DNA of 64,000 nucleotides from a virus: IMG/VR virus record IMGVR_UViG_3300050821_010487, positions 18,336 to 82,335 of that record; one strand, 5' to 3'. Shown piece by piece: positions 63,532 to 64,000 of this stretch (position 1 is its first letter; each line of letters starts with the position of its first letter). The notes under the pieces were generated by a model. It saw only the letters and a program-made list of their open reading frames with translations, ran no database searches and was not told where the DNA came from. The position numbers and the translations under genes were made by a program.

Positions 63532-64000
63532 TGCGCGTCGTCTACAGCCCCGGGGCCGCGCAGCGCGAGCAGGCGCACATCGCCAGCCTCTCGCGCGGCT
63601 TCGCGTTCGGCTCCCGCGGCCTGCGCGACGAGCAGATGACCGACGAGGTCCGCGAGGCGCGCAAGAACAGGCGGATCAACGCCCGCACCTCGATGCTCGG
63701 CCGGCGCACCGCGGCCTACGGCGCCGGCTCGGCTGGCGGGGCCGGCGGCTCGGACATCCAGTTCGCGACCGGACGCCCCCGCGATCCGCTGTTCTACTGG
63801 CGGCAGAACAACCTTCCCTATGACTTTTCCCAGAACGAGGAGCTGGCGAAGGTCCGGGCATTCTGCCGCCTGCTGTACCAGACCGATCCTATCGTCGGGT
63901 CCTGCGTCGATATCTTTTCGAAGTTCCCGGTGGTCGGCGCGCATCTGCAGTGCAAAGATTCCCGGCTGGAGGAGTTCTACGGCGGTCTGTTCTTCGATGA
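63531..64000 (+). CDS. Probable portal protein (5' part, runs off window)
   Basis: Open frame MRVVYSPG...RPRDPLFYW...RAFCRLLYQTDPIVGSCVDIFSKFP; resembles portal N-termini of large actinophage myoviruses as recalled. Confidence 0.65.
   Translation, partial: MRVVYSPGAAQREQAHIASLSRGFAFGSRGLRDEQMTDEVREARKNRRINARTSMLGRRTAAYGAGSAGGAGGSDIQFATGRPRDPLFYWRQNNLPYDFSQNEELAKVRAFCRLLYQTDPIVGSCVDIFSKFPVVGAHLQCKDSRLEEFYGGLFFD

Larger units (their letters stand above)
1..64000. mobile_element. Segment of a large high-GC actinobacteriophage genome
   Basis: Terminase large subunit, probable portal, RecA/RuvC module, dense overlapping small ORFs, repeated phage promoters; no host housekeeping operons. Confidence 0.93.

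Noticed and set aside
231-63944. Long antisense or alternative-frame ORFs (e.g. 17234..19246-, 24746..26941-, 55754..57406-, 61216..62400+)
   Set aside because: Shadow ORFs expected in GC-rich DNA; they overlap well-supported genes and lack motifs
1-64000. tRNA or tmRNA genes
   Set aside because: No cloverleaf with T-loop and acceptor stem recognised by eye in intergenic gaps; tRNAscan-SE or ARAGORN needed to exclude formally

Overview
The whole 64 kb window reads as part of a large, high-GC actinobacteriophage genome. Its gene set and layout recall Bxz1/cluster C-like and Rhodococcus E3-like myoviruses (from recalled family knowledge, not a search). From left to right: a recombination module (RecA, two PD-(D/E)xK nucleases, RuvC), a sigma-region-4-like protein and the terminase large subunit. 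Two giant multi-enzyme 'polyvalent' ORFs follow (about 11 ADP-ribosyltransferase-fold domains, 3 ParB, 2 GNAT, nucleotidyltransferase, NUDIX, 2H phosphoesterase), then a UDG and putative head-associated proteins. A roughly 31 kb bidirectional block of small genes (28.4-59.6 kb) is driven by at least 10 near-identical promoters and carries a C5 DNA methyltransferase, HNH, a DpdA/TGT-like protein, a GGQ-less release-factor-like protein, a Toprim protein and an MFS transporter. The window ends with a 2-deoxy-scyllo-inosose synthase-like gene, a GH5 hydrolase and the 5' end of a probable portal gene. Most interesting: (1) the two giant ORFs meet at a textbook -1 frameshift signal and are punctuated by repeated linker motifs, suggesting a ~3,785 aa processed, possibly virion-delivered, anti-host polyprotein; (2) a phage-borne homologue of the aminoglycoside-pathway entry enzyme DOI synthase; (3) the promoter/operator regulon. 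No tRNA or CRISPR array was recognised. All functional calls come from reading motifs by eye.
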